Part shown: piece after piece, positions 8,561 through 18,839 of the stretch | How the letters are laid out: every line of letters begins with the position of its first letter | How positions within the stretch are numbered: position 1 is the stretch's first letter | NCBI GenBank assembly: GCA_963827685.1 | Contig: CAWHBU010000009.1 | Location: forward strand, 1 to 64,000 | Direction of reading: 5' to 3' | Length of the DNA stretch: 64,000 bases | Source of the DNA: an uncultured delta proteobacterium | Lineage (GTDB): Bacteria; Desulfobacterota; BSN033; UBA1163 | Notes under the pieces: model-generated | Told to the model about the DNA's origin: nothing | What the model saw: the letters and a program-made list of their open reading frames with translations, nothing else | Database searches by the model: none | Position numbers and translations under genes: made by a program

Positions 8561-10006
8561 ATGGAAGTCAAGAAAAAACCGTTAACTGAAGACTGGCTAT
8601 CTCTATGGATTGGTCTCATCATCTTTGTTCTATCTCTCGGGGTGTTCGTAGGAGCTGATCTCCTAGGATTTGGGGTAACAACAGGAATATATACTAGCTT
8701 ATCAAAGGCGTTGAAGCCTATATCTAAAGCGTATGCCGGTCTGGGAGGGATAGGATCTTTAATTGTGAGCTATCTTTTCTTGCTTGTTGTTATGACAATC
8801 GGCGCAGCAGCTTTAAAGGCCAATGTTAAGAAGTTTATCGTTGGCTTCACCTTAGTATTTTGGATAAGCTACATTTGCTGGATTATAGGAAGTTGGGCCA
8901 ATATAGCGGTTAACACACCCGGGGATATGAAAAAATTTGGAATTACATGGTCTTTGAAACTGACAGCAGAGGGGGGGTTCATCGTTGCCCTGGTTGTCGG
9001 TCTTCTTATTGGTAATTTTTTCCCTAAATTTACAGAGACGATCAAGGAGGGTGTAAGGCCTGAATTGTATATCAAGACCGCCATTGTTATTCTGGGTGGA
9101 TTTTTGGGTGTCATAGCAGCTGAAAAGTTAGGGCTCGCCACGGCAGTGATGTTCAGGGGAATATGCGCGATTATTGAAGCCTATCTCATTTATTGGGCAC
9201 TTGTGTACCTCGTCGCGAGGAAATATTTCAAATTTAGCAGAGAATGGGCAGCGCCTCTTGCATCGGGTATCTCCATTTGTGGAGTATCAGCGGCAATAGC
9301 AACTGGAGGAGCAATAAGGGCAAGGCCCGTCGTTCCTATCATGGTGTCTTCGCTGGTTGTTATCTTCGCAGTGGTTGAGCTTTTAATCCTTCCGTTTCTT
9401 GCGAATACTTTCCTCTGGAAAGAACCCATGGTCGCAGGGGCATGGATGGGACTTGCCGTTAAGACCGATGGCGCTGCTGTTGCCAGCGGGGCTATCACTG
9501 ATTCTCTTATAAGAGCAACAGCACTGGCAAACAGTGGTGTAAACTACAAAGAAGGGTGGATAATGGGAGCTGCCACAACAGTAAAGGTCTTCATTGACAT
9601 TTTTATCGGTATCTGGGCGTTTGTTCTCGCATGGATATGGACTTCCAAAATTGAGGCGAGGCCTGGGGAAAAGGTTGGTGGGGGTGTGATATGGGAGAGA
9701 TTCCCCAAGTTTGTTATTGGCTATGTGATCACATTCCTCGTGATTCTGTTTATTTGCCTGGGTTCTCCTGGTTTGATACCTAAGGCAAAGGCAGCGATGG
9801 GTGAAGCTAACCTCTTCAGGGGGATATTTTTCACTTTGACCTTTTTCACCATTGGGTTGGTGTCTAATTTCAAGAAGCTCTGGGAAGAAGGCATAGGTAA
9901 ATTAGCGGCCGTTTATCTGTTATGCCTCTTTGGGTTTATCATCTGGATAGGGTTATTTATTTCATGGATATTTTTCCATGGGGTGAAACCTCCTCTGGTA
10001 GGATAG
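8561..10006 (+). CDS. Putative sulfate exporter family (YeiH-like) membrane protein
   Basis: EDWLSLWIG, SICGVSAAIA, WERFPKFV; many TM helices. Confidence 0.85.
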   Translation: MEVKKKPLTEDWLSLWIGLIIFVLSLGVFVGADLLGFGVTTGIYTSLSKALKPISKAYAGLGGIGSLIVSYLFLLVVMTIGAAALKANVKKFIVGFTLVFWISYICWIIGSWANIAVNTPGDMKKFGITWSLKLTAEGGFIVALVVGLLIGNFFPKFTETIKEGVRPELYIKTAIVILGGFLGVIAAEKLGLATAVMFRGICAIIEAYLIYWALVYLVARKYFKFSREWAAPLASGISICGVSAAIATGGAIRARPVVPIMVSSLVVIFAVVELLILPFLANTFLWKEPMVAGAWMGLAVKTDGAAVASGAITDSLIRATALANSGVNYKEGWIMGAATTVKVFIDIFIGIWAFVLAWIWTSKIEARPGEKVGGGVIWERFPKFVIGYVITFLVILFICLGSPGLIPKAKAAMGEANLFRGIFFTLTFFTIGLVSNFKKLWEEGIGKLAAVYLLCLFGFIIWIGLFISWIFFHGVKPPLVG

Positions 10007-10096
10007 AGGAGAAAAGTACTCTAAGTAATGTTGAATTGGAAATGATCAATTTTAGAATTTCTATTCTGCGATGGAGCTAAAAAGAAGGAGGTATTT

Positions 10097-10252
10097 ATGC
10101 CCGAACAACCAAAAGTAGCAGAAGAGATGAAGAAGATCGAGTATGAACCTTTGCTTCCTATAGAGAAAAAGCTTATTGGATGGAGTATCGGCTTAGGTAT
10201 TGTCCTGCTGGGAATACTGATCTTCATAAGCTACACATTCTTCCCAGGATAA
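10097..10252 (+). CDS. Small single-TM protein (51 aa), probable partner of the exporter
   Basis: AAGGAGGT SD; MPEQPKVAEEMKKIEYEPLLPIEKKLIGWSIGLGIVLLGILIFISYTFFPG; below the ORF-track size cutoff. Confidence 0.8.
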   Translation: MPEQPKVAEEMKKIEYEPLLPIEKKLIGWSIGLGIVLLGILIFISYTFFPG

Positions 10253-10273
10253 GAATAAGAATTTTCATTTTGA

Positions 10274-10322
10274 AGGGGTGAAGACCCTGAACCCTTCTTA
10301 ACGATTTGGAGTCTTCACCCCT
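10274..10322. terminator. Hairpin between convergent genes, probable terminator
   Basis: AGGGGTGAAGAC...GTCTTCACCCCT, 12-bp stem. Confidence 0.55.
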
Positions 10323-10346
10323 AAGGATTGGAAAATGAAAATAGTT

Positions 10347-11447
10347 TCAAAAACTGAGAATTTTGTGGCAGGTCTTGCAGGGTTCGGGAGGTTCGGGAAG
10401 TGCAGTGTTCTCGAAATCTAATAGGCTGCTGTTCCATAGCGATTGGTTTAGCTCTCTAACCTTTCTTTCCCTCTGGATAAAACAATCTCTGAAGTTCACG
10501 TAACTCTCGCTATTCCATATCGCAGAGAATGGATCTTTGAAGATGTTGCCAAAGCTCACCTTCTTGATGCAGTATTCATTTCCACAAAAGATCCGGTTAA
10601 ATGGCGAAGGGAGGGGTGGGTAGAGATAGACGCAGGGTGAAACCTCTCCGTCTGTAGAGATGTAAAGATTTCCTAAGGGGTTTTCCTCACACACGGGTAC
10701 GTCGACAGCAGATAGAGATGGCCTCTTCAATCTAATGCCGAACTTCCGGGCATCTGTCTCTGCCAGTTTTTCGATCCTTTCATACTCATTCTCTTCATTC
10801 CCACAGGCAAACACCCTTTGTTGTTCCTGCCAGGCATTAGTTACATGGATAAGGTTTATCAGAATGACCTCTTCAATCCCTGTTTCTTTGGCAAAAGAGG
10901 GGACCGAGGGGACCTCTTGGATATTTCCTTTGACCATGAGAAACACGAGGTGTATTTTGGGCCGAAGGAGTCCCTGGCGCGCTTTCGCCTCCTGAAAAAG
11001 ACGAACAGCACTAAGGACTTCTGGAAGATGTGAGTTGACCCGGATGGCATCGTGTGTTTCCGGGGTTGTCCCCGAGATCGAGAAACCTACAAAGTCAAGC
11101 CCTGCTTCAATGAGTTCAGCCACCCGATTCTCCGTCAATCCCATGCCGCTGGTCACGAATCCCACCTGAGGCCCCTCCTTCTTAACAAGCTTAATGCATT
11201 GAGAAAGATCTTTGTGAAGCAGGGATTCACCCCAACCTTCGAGAAGAACGGTTTCAACCTCTTTCAAGTAAGGAAGAAGTTTTTTGAAATCCTGAAGAGA
11301 CATATCCTGGGATTGCCAGTCAGCGCTTTCTGTGCGGATGCACATCTTGCATCGGAGGGGGCATCGAGTTGTCAATTCAATCTGCCATGCTGAAAAGGGT
11401 CTCCTCTTTCTTCTTCGCAGGAACTTGCCAAAAATCTTTTCAATCAT
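10347..11447 (-). CDS. Radical SAM / SPASM domain protein
   Basis: CPLRCKMC; SPASM-like CEENP...GEVSPC...FGNI...CKTC. Confidence 0.9.
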   Translation of the reverse strand: MIEKIFGKFLRRRKRRPFSAWQIELTTRCPLRCKMCIRTESADWQSQDMSLQDFKKLLPYLKEVETVLLEGWGESLLHKDLSQCIKLVKKEGPQVGFVTSGMGLTENRVAELIEAGLDFVGFSISGTTPETHDAIRVNSHLPEVLSAVRLFQEAKARQGLLRPKIHLVFLMVKGNIQEVPSVPSFAKETGIEEVILINLIHVTNAWQEQQRVFACGNEENEYERIEKLAETDARKFGIRLKRPSLSAVDVPVCEENPLGNLYISTDGEVSPCVYLYPPLPSPFNRIFCGNEYCIKKVSFGNIFKDPFSAIWNSESYVNFRDCFIQRERKVRELNQSLWNSSLLDFENTALPEPPEPCKTCHKILSF

Positions 11448-11452
11448 TGAAC

Positions 11453-12146
11453 CTATAGCTTCTGAAGAAGGGTCTCCAGATTCTCCTTTCTTGAGGGATG
11501 ATAGAGGCAGAATTCATAGTTGAGGAATGGAATGCCGCCCCACTTTTCCTTAAATCTTCGTATTCCATCATTCACTCACAAAAAAGGCACAGAGTTTCCC
11601 ATTCTTATCCCGCGCATTGAGAACGCATGAGGTTGACGCATGGGCAACGTAATCGGGCATGGCACGGTAAAGTTCTCTCAGCCTGTGTGGCAATTTTTCT
11701 CTCTTCAGGAGTTCTGAGATGAGCGCTTCATGTTCCTTAGAAATAGAGTGACCCCTTTCAACGATTAATTCTTTAGAGGCTTTATCAGTCACCCGTTGGA
11801 GAGAAGGCTTCAGTTTTGTCTGATTGAGGTCAAACTTGTAGTATTGGTCTGTTTGCCTTTCTTTACAGGATCCCTGAAGAGAAGGGGGGATCTCAGGTCC
11901 GATGAACCAGAGGTACTCAAGTCGGAATGTTTCGACAGCTTGTTTCAAAATCCTCTCACATCTTTCCTGAGAAAAATTCCCTTCGAGTGGATACCCCACA
12001 AGGATGAGCCAGTTGTCCTTTACAAAAACCAAATGTTCCTCTTTGAGAAAGGGTTCACCTTTCGAAATAGGGACCATGAGGTTCAAAATGTGTTCTGGAA
12101 CATAGGCCCTTTCCAAGACGTATGCTTCCTCTTCAAGGGTAATCAT
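11453..12146 (-). pseudogene. GNAT/DUF2156-like protein with internal deletion and frameshift
   Basis: ORF stops at ...LCAFFVSE* (11568). The expected C-terminus GVNDGIRRFKEKWGGIPFLNYEFCLY...QKL* continues in another frame to 11453, just upstream of the radical SAM gene. Confidence 0.7.
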
Positions 12147-12265
12147 TTTTCCCCCTGCCTTATAGGGCTCATTTTACCTCAGTCTTATGCAAATTTCTAA
12201 AAGATTTTGAAACCCGCAACCACTCTGCAAATCATCAATGATGACCCAACGGAATGTCCATTTGT

Positions 12266-12300
12266 AAAAAAAGGTTAACCCATTCGAGTTAACCCTTTTT
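12266..12300 (-). terminator. Rho-independent terminator downstream of tRNA
   Basis: A-tract GGTTAAC ccattcga GTTAACC T-tract; bidirectional form. Confidence 0.7.
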
Positions 12301-12306
12301 ATTTTC

Positions 12307-12382
12307 TGGTGGAGCAGAGCGGGATCGAACCGCCGACCTGCACGTTGCGAACGTGCCGCTCTCCCAGCTGAGCTACTGCCCC
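12307..12382 (-). tRNA. tRNA-Ala(CGC)
   Basis: GGGGCAGTAGCTCAGCTGGGAGAGCG-GCACG-TT-CGC-AA-CGTGC-AGGTCGGCGGTTCGATCCCGCTCTGCTCCACCA; G3:U70 pair; encoded CCA. Confidence 0.97.
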
Positions 12383-12467
12383 GGCATCAACAAAATCGTA
12401 AAGCGCATGGCGCATAGCGGATGGCAAAAATACATGCAACTCAAAGAATATTATCAATACTCACCTT

Positions 12468-12824
12468 TCATGATGAGCCTAAAAGTTTTCGGATGGTGGA
12501 TTTAAAAGCTGTCAAATCTGCGCACTTGACGACATAAGCATCCGAAGCCCAAGTGGTGAGGTCCTGTTTATACTCCCCATAGGCGGAACAGAGGATGACT
12601 GGAAGTTGTCTCTCCTTCTCTCGAATTCGTTTCAGGGCTTCAATTCCGTCCATCACGGGCATCTTGATATCGAGGGAGATGAGGTCTGGTTTGAAGACAG
12701 GGAGCTTTTCAAGCGCTTCTTCCCCATTCCCGGCGCACTCCACAACGTACCCTTCCTCCTCTAACTCCTCCTTATAAAGGAAGCGTATGCTTTCTTCGTC
12801 GTCTACGACTAAAATCTTTTTCAT
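12468..12824 (-). CDS. Single-domain response regulator (CheY-like)
   Basis: ILVVDDE, LDIKMP, SAY, VVK. Confidence 0.93.
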   Translation of the reverse strand: MKKILVVDDEESIRFLYKEELEEEGYVVECAGNGEEALEKLPVFKPDLISLDIKMPVMDGIEALKRIREKERQLPVILCSAYGEYKQDLTTWASDAYVVKCADLTAFKSTIRKLLGSS

Positions 12825-12851
12825 GAGGCTGCCTCCGCTCCTTTAGAAAGA

Positions 12852-12900
12852 CGCTAAGCGCTTAGCCTGCCTACCGCAGGTAGGCGCTCTGCGTATAGCG
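12852..12900. repeat. CGCT-heptamer tandem repeat carrying an inserted CCTGCC palindrome
   Basis: cgctaag cgcttag [cctgcctaccgcaggtagg] cgctctg cgtatag. Confidence 0.6.
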
Positions 12901-15246
12901 TCAGGAGCTATTAATACGATTCCCTTTTCCTTTCTCGGAAGAGGGGAGAGTGATGATGAAATTCACTCCCTTGCCTGGATGGTTGTCTACTTCGATCCGG
13001 CCCCGATGGGAAGTGATAATTCTGTGGACAATGGGCAAGCCCAAACCCAGACTGGATTCCTTTGTGGAATAGAAGGGGTTGAAGATATTGTGGAGGTTTT
13101 CCGGATCGATCCCCTTGCCGGTATCTTCCACCTCCACTTTGATATAAGAGGAACCATTCTTTGAAAAGGAATGGACTCGCAAGAAAAGGATTCCTTTCTC
13201 TTTCATCGCTTGGCAGGCATTATTGATCAGATTAAAGAAAGTCTGCTTTAATTGGTGCGAATCTCCCATGATCTTGGGGATCTCTTCTCCATACTCCTTG
13301 ATGAGTTGAATCCCCCCTGAACGGATTCCCGCAGCTACCATGGAAAGGCTTTCTTCTAAGACATCCCGGAGATCCAATTCTTTAAAGACCAAGGATTCAT
13401 CTCGGGTATACTTGAGGAGGTCGTTGAGAATCTTCTCAAGACGGCTGACCTCCTTGAAAATCGTCTGAGAGTATTTCTTCTCCTGAGATTCCTCCGGGAG
13501 GGTCCGATCCAGACGGCGTGCAAATCCACCGATGGAGGTGAGGGGGTTCTTGATCTCATGAGCGATAGTGGTAGACATTTCACCCAAAGCCACCATCTTT
13601 TCTAAATGAACCAAGAAAGTCTGGGTTTCTTTGAGCTCCTGATGGACTTCCTCCAAATTTCGATAGAGGCTGGCGTTCTCAATGGCCAATCCGGCTTGGT
13701 TGGCGAACATGCTGAGAAAGTGAATGTCCTCCTCTGTAATGGGGTTTTGGTTGTAAAGGTTGTCCACCAGGATCACACCGATGACTTTTCCTTTTCCCAT
13801 GAGAGGGACGGTGGCAAAAGAATAAATTCTGGGATCTCGACTGAGATGCTCACCCACATAACATCCTACCTCTGAACCCAGATGGCAACCCCTTTCACAT
13901 CGGGTTTTCAGCCATCCCTCTTCGGAGTGAGGAAGCTGGGTATTGAACGGCCGACCCTCAAGAACCGTACGCGAAAGAATACATTGTTCCTGTTCCAAAG
14001 GAATCTGAATTCCTTTGACAAGAGAGTTTAAGGTAGAGTGACCTTGAGGGTGGAGTTGATTGATTAGATCTGAAAGGGTCCCCTTCCTTTGAGCGAGAGA
14101 GGTCCAAACCTTTCCTGCCTCTTCAGCACTATCCGGTCCTACGGCCATGGTTCCTTCCAAAATATGATCTTTCTCATTGACCAGGAAGAGCATAGCTCGA
14201 TTGAACTTCAGTCCTTCTCCGATCGTAATGGCGGTCAACGTTAAATGGAGGATCTGCTCAAAATTCACCGTGGTCAAAAGGGCTTTGTTGAGTTCCCAGA
14301 GGGTAGAAAGCTCTTTGACCCTTTTCTCATGCTTCTGTACCATTTCAGAAGTTTCATAGTGAATCAAGGCGTTTTCAATGGCACAGGACATCTGATTCGT
14401 CATCATCGACAATCGTTGAAGGTCCTTATGATCGAATTTTGTAGAATCAGAATCCTTATCATAAAAGGCAAGGGTTCCCAAAGTTCTTCCCTTTGAGAGA
14501 AAAGGAGCACAGAGGAAGGAAAAGGAAGGTTTTTCTTCACCGGAGTGATTGAAGGAAAGAGGAGTTTGAGTATACAAGACCCTTCTGGCTATCTCCTCAT
14601 CGAGAGGATTTTGATGATATTCTCCCACACTGCATCTGACTTTCAGCTCTCCGGTCCCTCTGTCCTCGACTCTCAGTACTCCTCCCCTGGCTTTTAGAAT
14701 TTTTAAACCCGCTGCGATGATTAATTCAAAGAGGCTCTCCAGTTTCAACGTAGACGTCACTGTTTTTCCCATTTCATAGAGAGCGGTCAGTTCTGAAATA
14801 CTTTCTTCCGCCTTTTGGTGGAGATCATCATTTCGAATCGCGCTTTCCATCGCCTCTCCAGTCAGCAAGAGGAGATCCACCTCTCGACGGGAAAACGTGG
14901 TGTGCCTTGAGAAACCAAGATAGAGGATTCCCTGGGAGGAGACCCCATCATACAAAGGAATACAGGCGAAGGTTGGGCAAAGGAGATCTTTCTCTTCTGA
15001 AAGGACATTTTCATTCTGAAAGGAAGATCCTTCACCTACCCATAAAGGTTTTTTATCTAAGACCAGACGGTAAAGAAATCCATTTTTAATGATTTTTTCT
15101 GGGCTGAGGAGAAGACATCGATCCACTTGAAAAGTCTCTGAGATGGATTGAAGCATCTGATCCAGTTTGATACGGATAGGAATCGATGAATTGGAAAGTT
15201 GGACCACCGATTTCAGAAGATCGTAGGTATTGAGTAGGTCGGGCAT
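12901..15246 (-). CDS. Multi-GAF sensor histidine kinase
   Basis: Three GAF-like domains; H-box AHEIKNPL; N-box NLINNA; DTGKGI; GLGLPI. Confidence 0.93.
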   Translation of the reverse strand: MPDLLNTYDLLKSVVQLSNSSIPIRIKLDQMLQSISETFQVDRCLLLSPEKIIKNGFLYRLVLDKKPLWVGEGSSFQNENVLSEEKDLLCPTFACIPLYDGVSSQGILYLGFSRHTTFSRREVDLLLLTGEAMESAIRNDDLHQKAEESISELTALYEMGKTVTSTLKLESLFELIIAAGLKILKARGGVLRVEDRGTGELKVRCSVGEYHQNPLDEEIARRVLYTQTPLSFNHSGEEKPSFSFLCAPFLSKGRTLGTLAFYDKDSDSTKFDHKDLQRLSMMTNQMSCAIENALIHYETSEMVQKHEKRVKELSTLWELNKALLTTVNFEQILHLTLTAITIGEGLKFNRAMLFLVNEKDHILEGTMAVGPDSAEEAGKVWTSLAQRKGTLSDLINQLHPQGHSTLNSLVKGIQIPLEQEQCILSRTVLEGRPFNTQLPHSEEGWLKTRCERGCHLGSEVGCYVGEHLSRDPRIYSFATVPLMGKGKVIGVILVDNLYNQNPITEEDIHFLSMFANQAGLAIENASLYRNLEEVHQELKETQTFLVHLEKMVALGEMSTTIAHEIKNPLTSIGGFARRLDRTLPEESQEKKYSQTIFKEVSRLEKILNDLLKYTRDESLVFKELDLRDVLEESLSMVAAGIRSGGIQLIKEYGEEIPKIMGDSHQLKQTFFNLINNACQAMKEKGILFLRVHSFSKNGSSYIKVEVEDTGKGIDPENLHNIFNPFYSTKESSLGLGLPIVHRIITSHRGRIEVDNHPGKGVNFIITLPSSEKGKGNRINSS

Positions 15247-15252
15247 AGAGAA

Positions 15253-16248
15253 TTATTTCGCCTCTCTCATATACTCTGCTGCTTCCTCTGGAGGAGTGGG
15301 ATTGATGTAAAACCCCGTCCCCCACTCGAATCCGGCCACCTTGGTCAACTTCGGCATGATTTCAAAATGCCAATGGTAGTGCTCAGCATCCAATTCTGGA
15401 AATGAGGAAGTGTGGATAACATAGTTATAAGGAGGATCCGTGAGCACCCGATTTATTCTCTGGAGGGTGTCGGAGAGGATCTGAGCTGCCGGTTCATATT
15501 GGGAAGACTCCATGTGCTCGAAACTGGGATGATGGGTTTTGGGAAGAATCCATGTTTCAAATGGAAATCGTGACGCAAAGGGGGCAATCGAAAGGAAGGA
15601 TTTATTTTCGGTGATGACGCGGTGTTTCTGCTGGAGCTCTTGCCGAATGATATCGCAGAAGACACAGCGGTCTTTATAGTGGAAATAAGTTTTGGCTCCT
15701 TCAATCTCTTCGCTCACTCTTTTCGGGACGATGGGAAGGGCGATGATTTGAGAATGGGAATGTTCCAAAGAAGCTCCTGCTGCAATGCCGTGGTTTTTGA
15801 AGACAAGGACATATCGAAGACGCTGGTCACGCCTCAGATCGATGATCCGCTCGCGGTAGGCCAATAGGACATTCGCTACATTTTTTAGCGGTAAGGTGGT
15901 CAAGGTCTCCTCATGCCGAGGCGTTTCGATCACCACTTCATGGGCGCCAATGCCATTCATCTTATCATAGATCCCTTCGCCTTCACGGTCTAGGTCTCCT
16001 TCTATTCTGAGGGCGGGGAACTTATTGGGGACAACGCGAAGGGTCCAACCGGGAGAGTTAGGAAGGGTTCCATTGTCTCGCAATGCAATAATCTCCGGAG
16101 GGGTTCGATCTTCATTCCCCTCGCAGAGGGGACAGAATCCACCCGCTGTTCTTCGCTCCTCGGCCGCAAAATCAGAGGGTCTTCGACTCCTCTCTGTGGA
16201 AATAATCACCCATCTTCCATGAATGGGGTCTTTTCTTAGCTCAGGCAT
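15253..16248 (-). CDS. galT: Galactose-1-phosphate uridylyltransferase (class I GalT)
   Basis: MPELRKDP, CPLCEGNE, VPNKFP, GASLEHSHSQ. Confidence 0.92.
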   Translation of the reverse strand: MPELRKDPIHGRWVIISTERSRRPSDFAAEERRTAGGFCPLCEGNEDRTPPEIIALRDNGTLPNSPGWTLRVVPNKFPALRIEGDLDREGEGIYDKMNGIGAHEVVIETPRHEETLTTLPLKNVANVLLAYRERIIDLRRDQRLRYVLVFKNHGIAAGASLEHSHSQIIALPIVPKRVSEEIEGAKTYFHYKDRCVFCDIIRQELQQKHRVITENKSFLSIAPFASRFPFETWILPKTHHPSFEHMESSQYEPAAQILSDTLQRINRVLTDPPYNYVIHTSSFPELDAEHYHWHFEIMPKLTKVAGFEWGTGFYINPTPPEEAAEYMREAK

Positions 16249-16279
16249 AAAGGATTTTTCTTTCGAAGAGAACGGATGG

Positions 16280-16678
16280 CTAAGAGGGGAAACTTCTTTT
16301 AGACTTTTTCCCTCTTTGCCTCTCCATCTTTTCTTGATTCTCTCCTTCGGTTTTGCATTCGATGCACAGCGTGGTAACCGGTCTGGCCATCAGCCTCTTT
16401 TCAGAAACAGACTTTCCACAGGACTCGCAAATCCCAAATGTTCCATGATCAATCCGATCCAATGCCTCTTTGACTTTCATGATCAACTTTCTCTCACGGT
16501 CCTTAATTCTCAAAAGGAAATTCCGATCCGATTCCAAAGAGGCTCGATCTGTTGGGTCAGGGAAGTCCCCATTGCTGTCTTGCCGCATGTCACTACACGT
16601 CTTTCCGGCTTCCATTAATAGGTCGTGGAGCATTCCCTCGAGCAGTCCTTTAAAGTAGAGAAGCTTTTCCTGATCCAT
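16280..16678 (-). CDS. dksA: RNA polymerase-binding protein DksA
   Basis: DPTDRA coiled-coil tip; zinc finger CESC...CIEC; RLMARP. Confidence 0.93.
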   Translation of the reverse strand: MDQEKLLYFKGLLEGMLHDLLMEAGKTCSDMRQDSNGDFPDPTDRASLESDRNFLLRIKDRERKLIMKVKEALDRIDHGTFGICESCGKSVSEKRLMARPVTTLCIECKTEGENQEKMERQRGKKSKRSFPS

Positions 16679-16908
16679 TTAGACTCTCCTTATGGCTAAC
16701 TCGGGCTCCTAAAAGGCAGGAGATATTACACAATCTAATCTTTTCATAATAATATATCTTTTCAAATAAAATCAAATGATAAATGAGGCTTCTGATCCGT
16801 TTAGGAAACAAAATGGCAAGCAACGAGGTGCTCTTCCCCCTCGTCTAAGAATACGGGCTCTCCAGTTTCGCACCATTCAGTAGTATAAAATTGGATAATG
16901 TAAAGTAT

Positions 16909-17859
16909 TCAGTAATAAAGCACACAGCGGACGCGGTGGTCCTTAGAGACTTCGACGAACTCGATATCGCCTTCTTTGCACATTGCGGTCACCTTAGGGC
17001 ATCTGGACGCGAATCTGCAACCCGGGGGTGGGTCAGTGGGTGACGGAGGTTCTCCGGGGATGGGATTCAATCCCCGACGTTTTGCGCAATCAAGAGAAGG
17101 TATGGAGGAAAAAAGTGCTTGAGTGTAGGGATGCAAGGGGTTTGCGAAAAGCTCCTCAGTAGGTGCCTCCTCCATGACCTTTCCAATATACATGACGACA
17201 ACCCTGTCCGCGATGTGGCGCACAACAGAAAGGTCATGAGCTATAAAAAGTAATGAAAGAGACAACCTCGCTTGTAATTCCTCCAGAAGGTTTATGATCT
17301 GCGCTTGTATAGAGACATCGAGCGCGGAAACAGGTTCATCGCAAACAAGGAACGAGGGGCCCACGGCAAGCGCACGTGCAATACCTATCCTCTGCCTCTG
17401 GCCGCCGGAGAATTCATGGGGATAGCGCGACGCATCGCTCTCGGAAAGCCCAACTGTTTCAAGAAGTCCACCCACTCTCTTTTCCCTTGATCTTTCTCCC
17501 ATGATGGTCAGCCCCTCTCCGACTATGTCCGACACCGTCATCCTTGGATTGAGGGAGCCGAAGGGGTCCTGAAAAACGATCTGCATCCGCTTCCTGTATT
17601 CCCTGAGTTCCATCTGGCCCAAGCCTGAAATATCATTGTTTTCGAAGGTGATACTCCCAACCGTCGGGCGCAGGAGCCTTACGACGCACTTGCCGACTGT
17701 CGTTTTGCCGCAGCCCGACTCACCGACAAGCCCGAGAGTCTCCCCCTTGCCAATAGAGAACGTGACACCGTCGATAGCCTTCACGTAACCCGTGGTGCGG
17801 CGCAGGAACCCGCGTTTGACGGGAAAATACATTTTCAAATCTTTGACTTCAAGCATCAT
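16909..17859 (-). CDS. oppF: Oligopeptide/dipeptide ABC ATP-binding protein (OppF/DppF)
   Basis: GESGCGKTT, FSGGQRQR, CDEPVSALD, C-terminal GCRFASRC. Confidence 0.9.
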   Translation of the reverse strand: MMLEVKDLKMYFPVKRGFLRRTTGYVKAIDGVTFSIGKGETLGLVGESGCGKTTVGKCVVRLLRPTVGSITFENNDISGLGQMELREYRKRMQIVFQDPFGSLNPRMTVSDIVGEGLTIMGERSREKRVGGLLETVGLSESDASRYPHEFSGGQRQRIGIARALAVGPSFLVCDEPVSALDVSIQAQIINLLEELQARLSLSLLFIAHDLSVVRHIADRVVVMYIGKVMEEAPTEELFANPLHPYTQALFSSIPSLDCAKRRGLNPIPGEPPSPTDPPPGCRFASRCPKVTAMCKEGDIEFVEVSKDHRVRCVLYY

Positions 17860-18838
17860 GCCGATCCACCTCTCCTGCGCGGACCCAGCAGGCGCACCTG
17901 TGGCCGGCTGCGACTCTAACGAGCGGAGGCTCATCCACCCTGCATTTCTCTATTGCCAGCGGACAGCGCGGGTGGAACCTGCAACCCGGCGGGAACCTGA
18001 GAGCCGAAGGCACCATACCGGCTATTGTGTAGAGTTTGCGTCCCCTTCCGGTCCTCCCTGGCAGGCTTTTGAAAAGTCCTTCGGTGTATGGATGCAAGAA
18101 GGACGAAAAGATCGTTTCGCAGGGGCCGGATTCCACCACCTTGGCCGCATACATGACTGCGACCTCGTCCGCCATCTCAGCCACTACGCCGAGATCGTGT
18201 GTGATCAGCAGGACTGCCATCCCTGACTCAGCCTGGAGGTCCGTTATCAGCCTGAGAATTCCGGCCTGTATGGTCACGTCGAGTGCTGTGGTCGGCTCAT
18301 CGGCTATCAGCAGAGCGGGCTTAAGACATAAAGCCATGGCGATCATTACCCTCTGTTTCATTCCACCTGAAAGCTGATGTGGGTATTGAGACATCCTCTC
18401 GCGTGGTGTAGGTATTCCTACCTTTGCCAAATACTCCATTGCGATCTCTCGCGCCTTAGACTGCCCTATCTCCGTGTGTGTCCGCACAGCCTCCATAATC
18501 TGTGTCCCGATGGTGAAGACGGGATTGAGGCTCGTCATGGGCTCCTGAAATATCATGGAAGCGAGCTTCCCACGTATATCACGCATTTCAATTTCAGGAA
18601 GGGACAGTATATCCCTGCCCGATAGAGTAATTTTTCCGCCGACTATCCTGCCGGGAGGCGAAGGTATCAGCCTCAGTATTGAAAGGGCCGTAACGGATTT
18701 TCCACACCCGGATTCTCCCACGAGTCCCAATATCTTATTCTTCTCGATACCGACAGAGACTCCGTCCACCGCCCTGGCAACCCCTTCACCGGTGAAAAAG
18801 TATGTCTTCAGATTCTCTATTTTTAATATCTCTTCCAC
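17849..18838 (-). CDS. oppD: Oligopeptide/dipeptide ABC ATP-binding protein (OppD/DppD)
   Basis: [33 protein letters not shown]. Confidence 0.92.
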   Translation of the reverse strand: MEEILKIENLKTYFFTGEGVARAVDGVSVGIEKNKILGLVGESGCGKSVTALSILRLIPSPPGRIVGGKITLSGRDILSLPEIEMRDIRGKLASMIFQEPMTSLNPVFTIGTQIMEAVRTHTEIGQSKAREIAMEYLAKVGIPTPRERMSQYPHQLSGGMKQRVMIAMALCLKPALLIADEPTTALDVTIQAGILRLITDLQAESGMAVLLITHDLGVVAEMADEVAVMYAAKVVESGPCETIFSSFLHPYTEGLFKSLPGRTGRGRKLYTIAGMVPSALRFPPGCRFHPRCPLAIEKCRVDEPPLVRVAAGHRCACWVRAGEVDRHDA

Positions 18839-18839
18839 A

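Noticed and set aside
11568-11570. UGA as a second selenocysteine codon
   Set aside because: Read-through meets TAA within a few codons, the conserved C-terminus is in another frame, and no SECIS-like hairpin follows.
12307-12382. tRNA as an island integration site
   Set aside because: No duplicated tRNA 3' end or integrase seen; a terminator follows directly.
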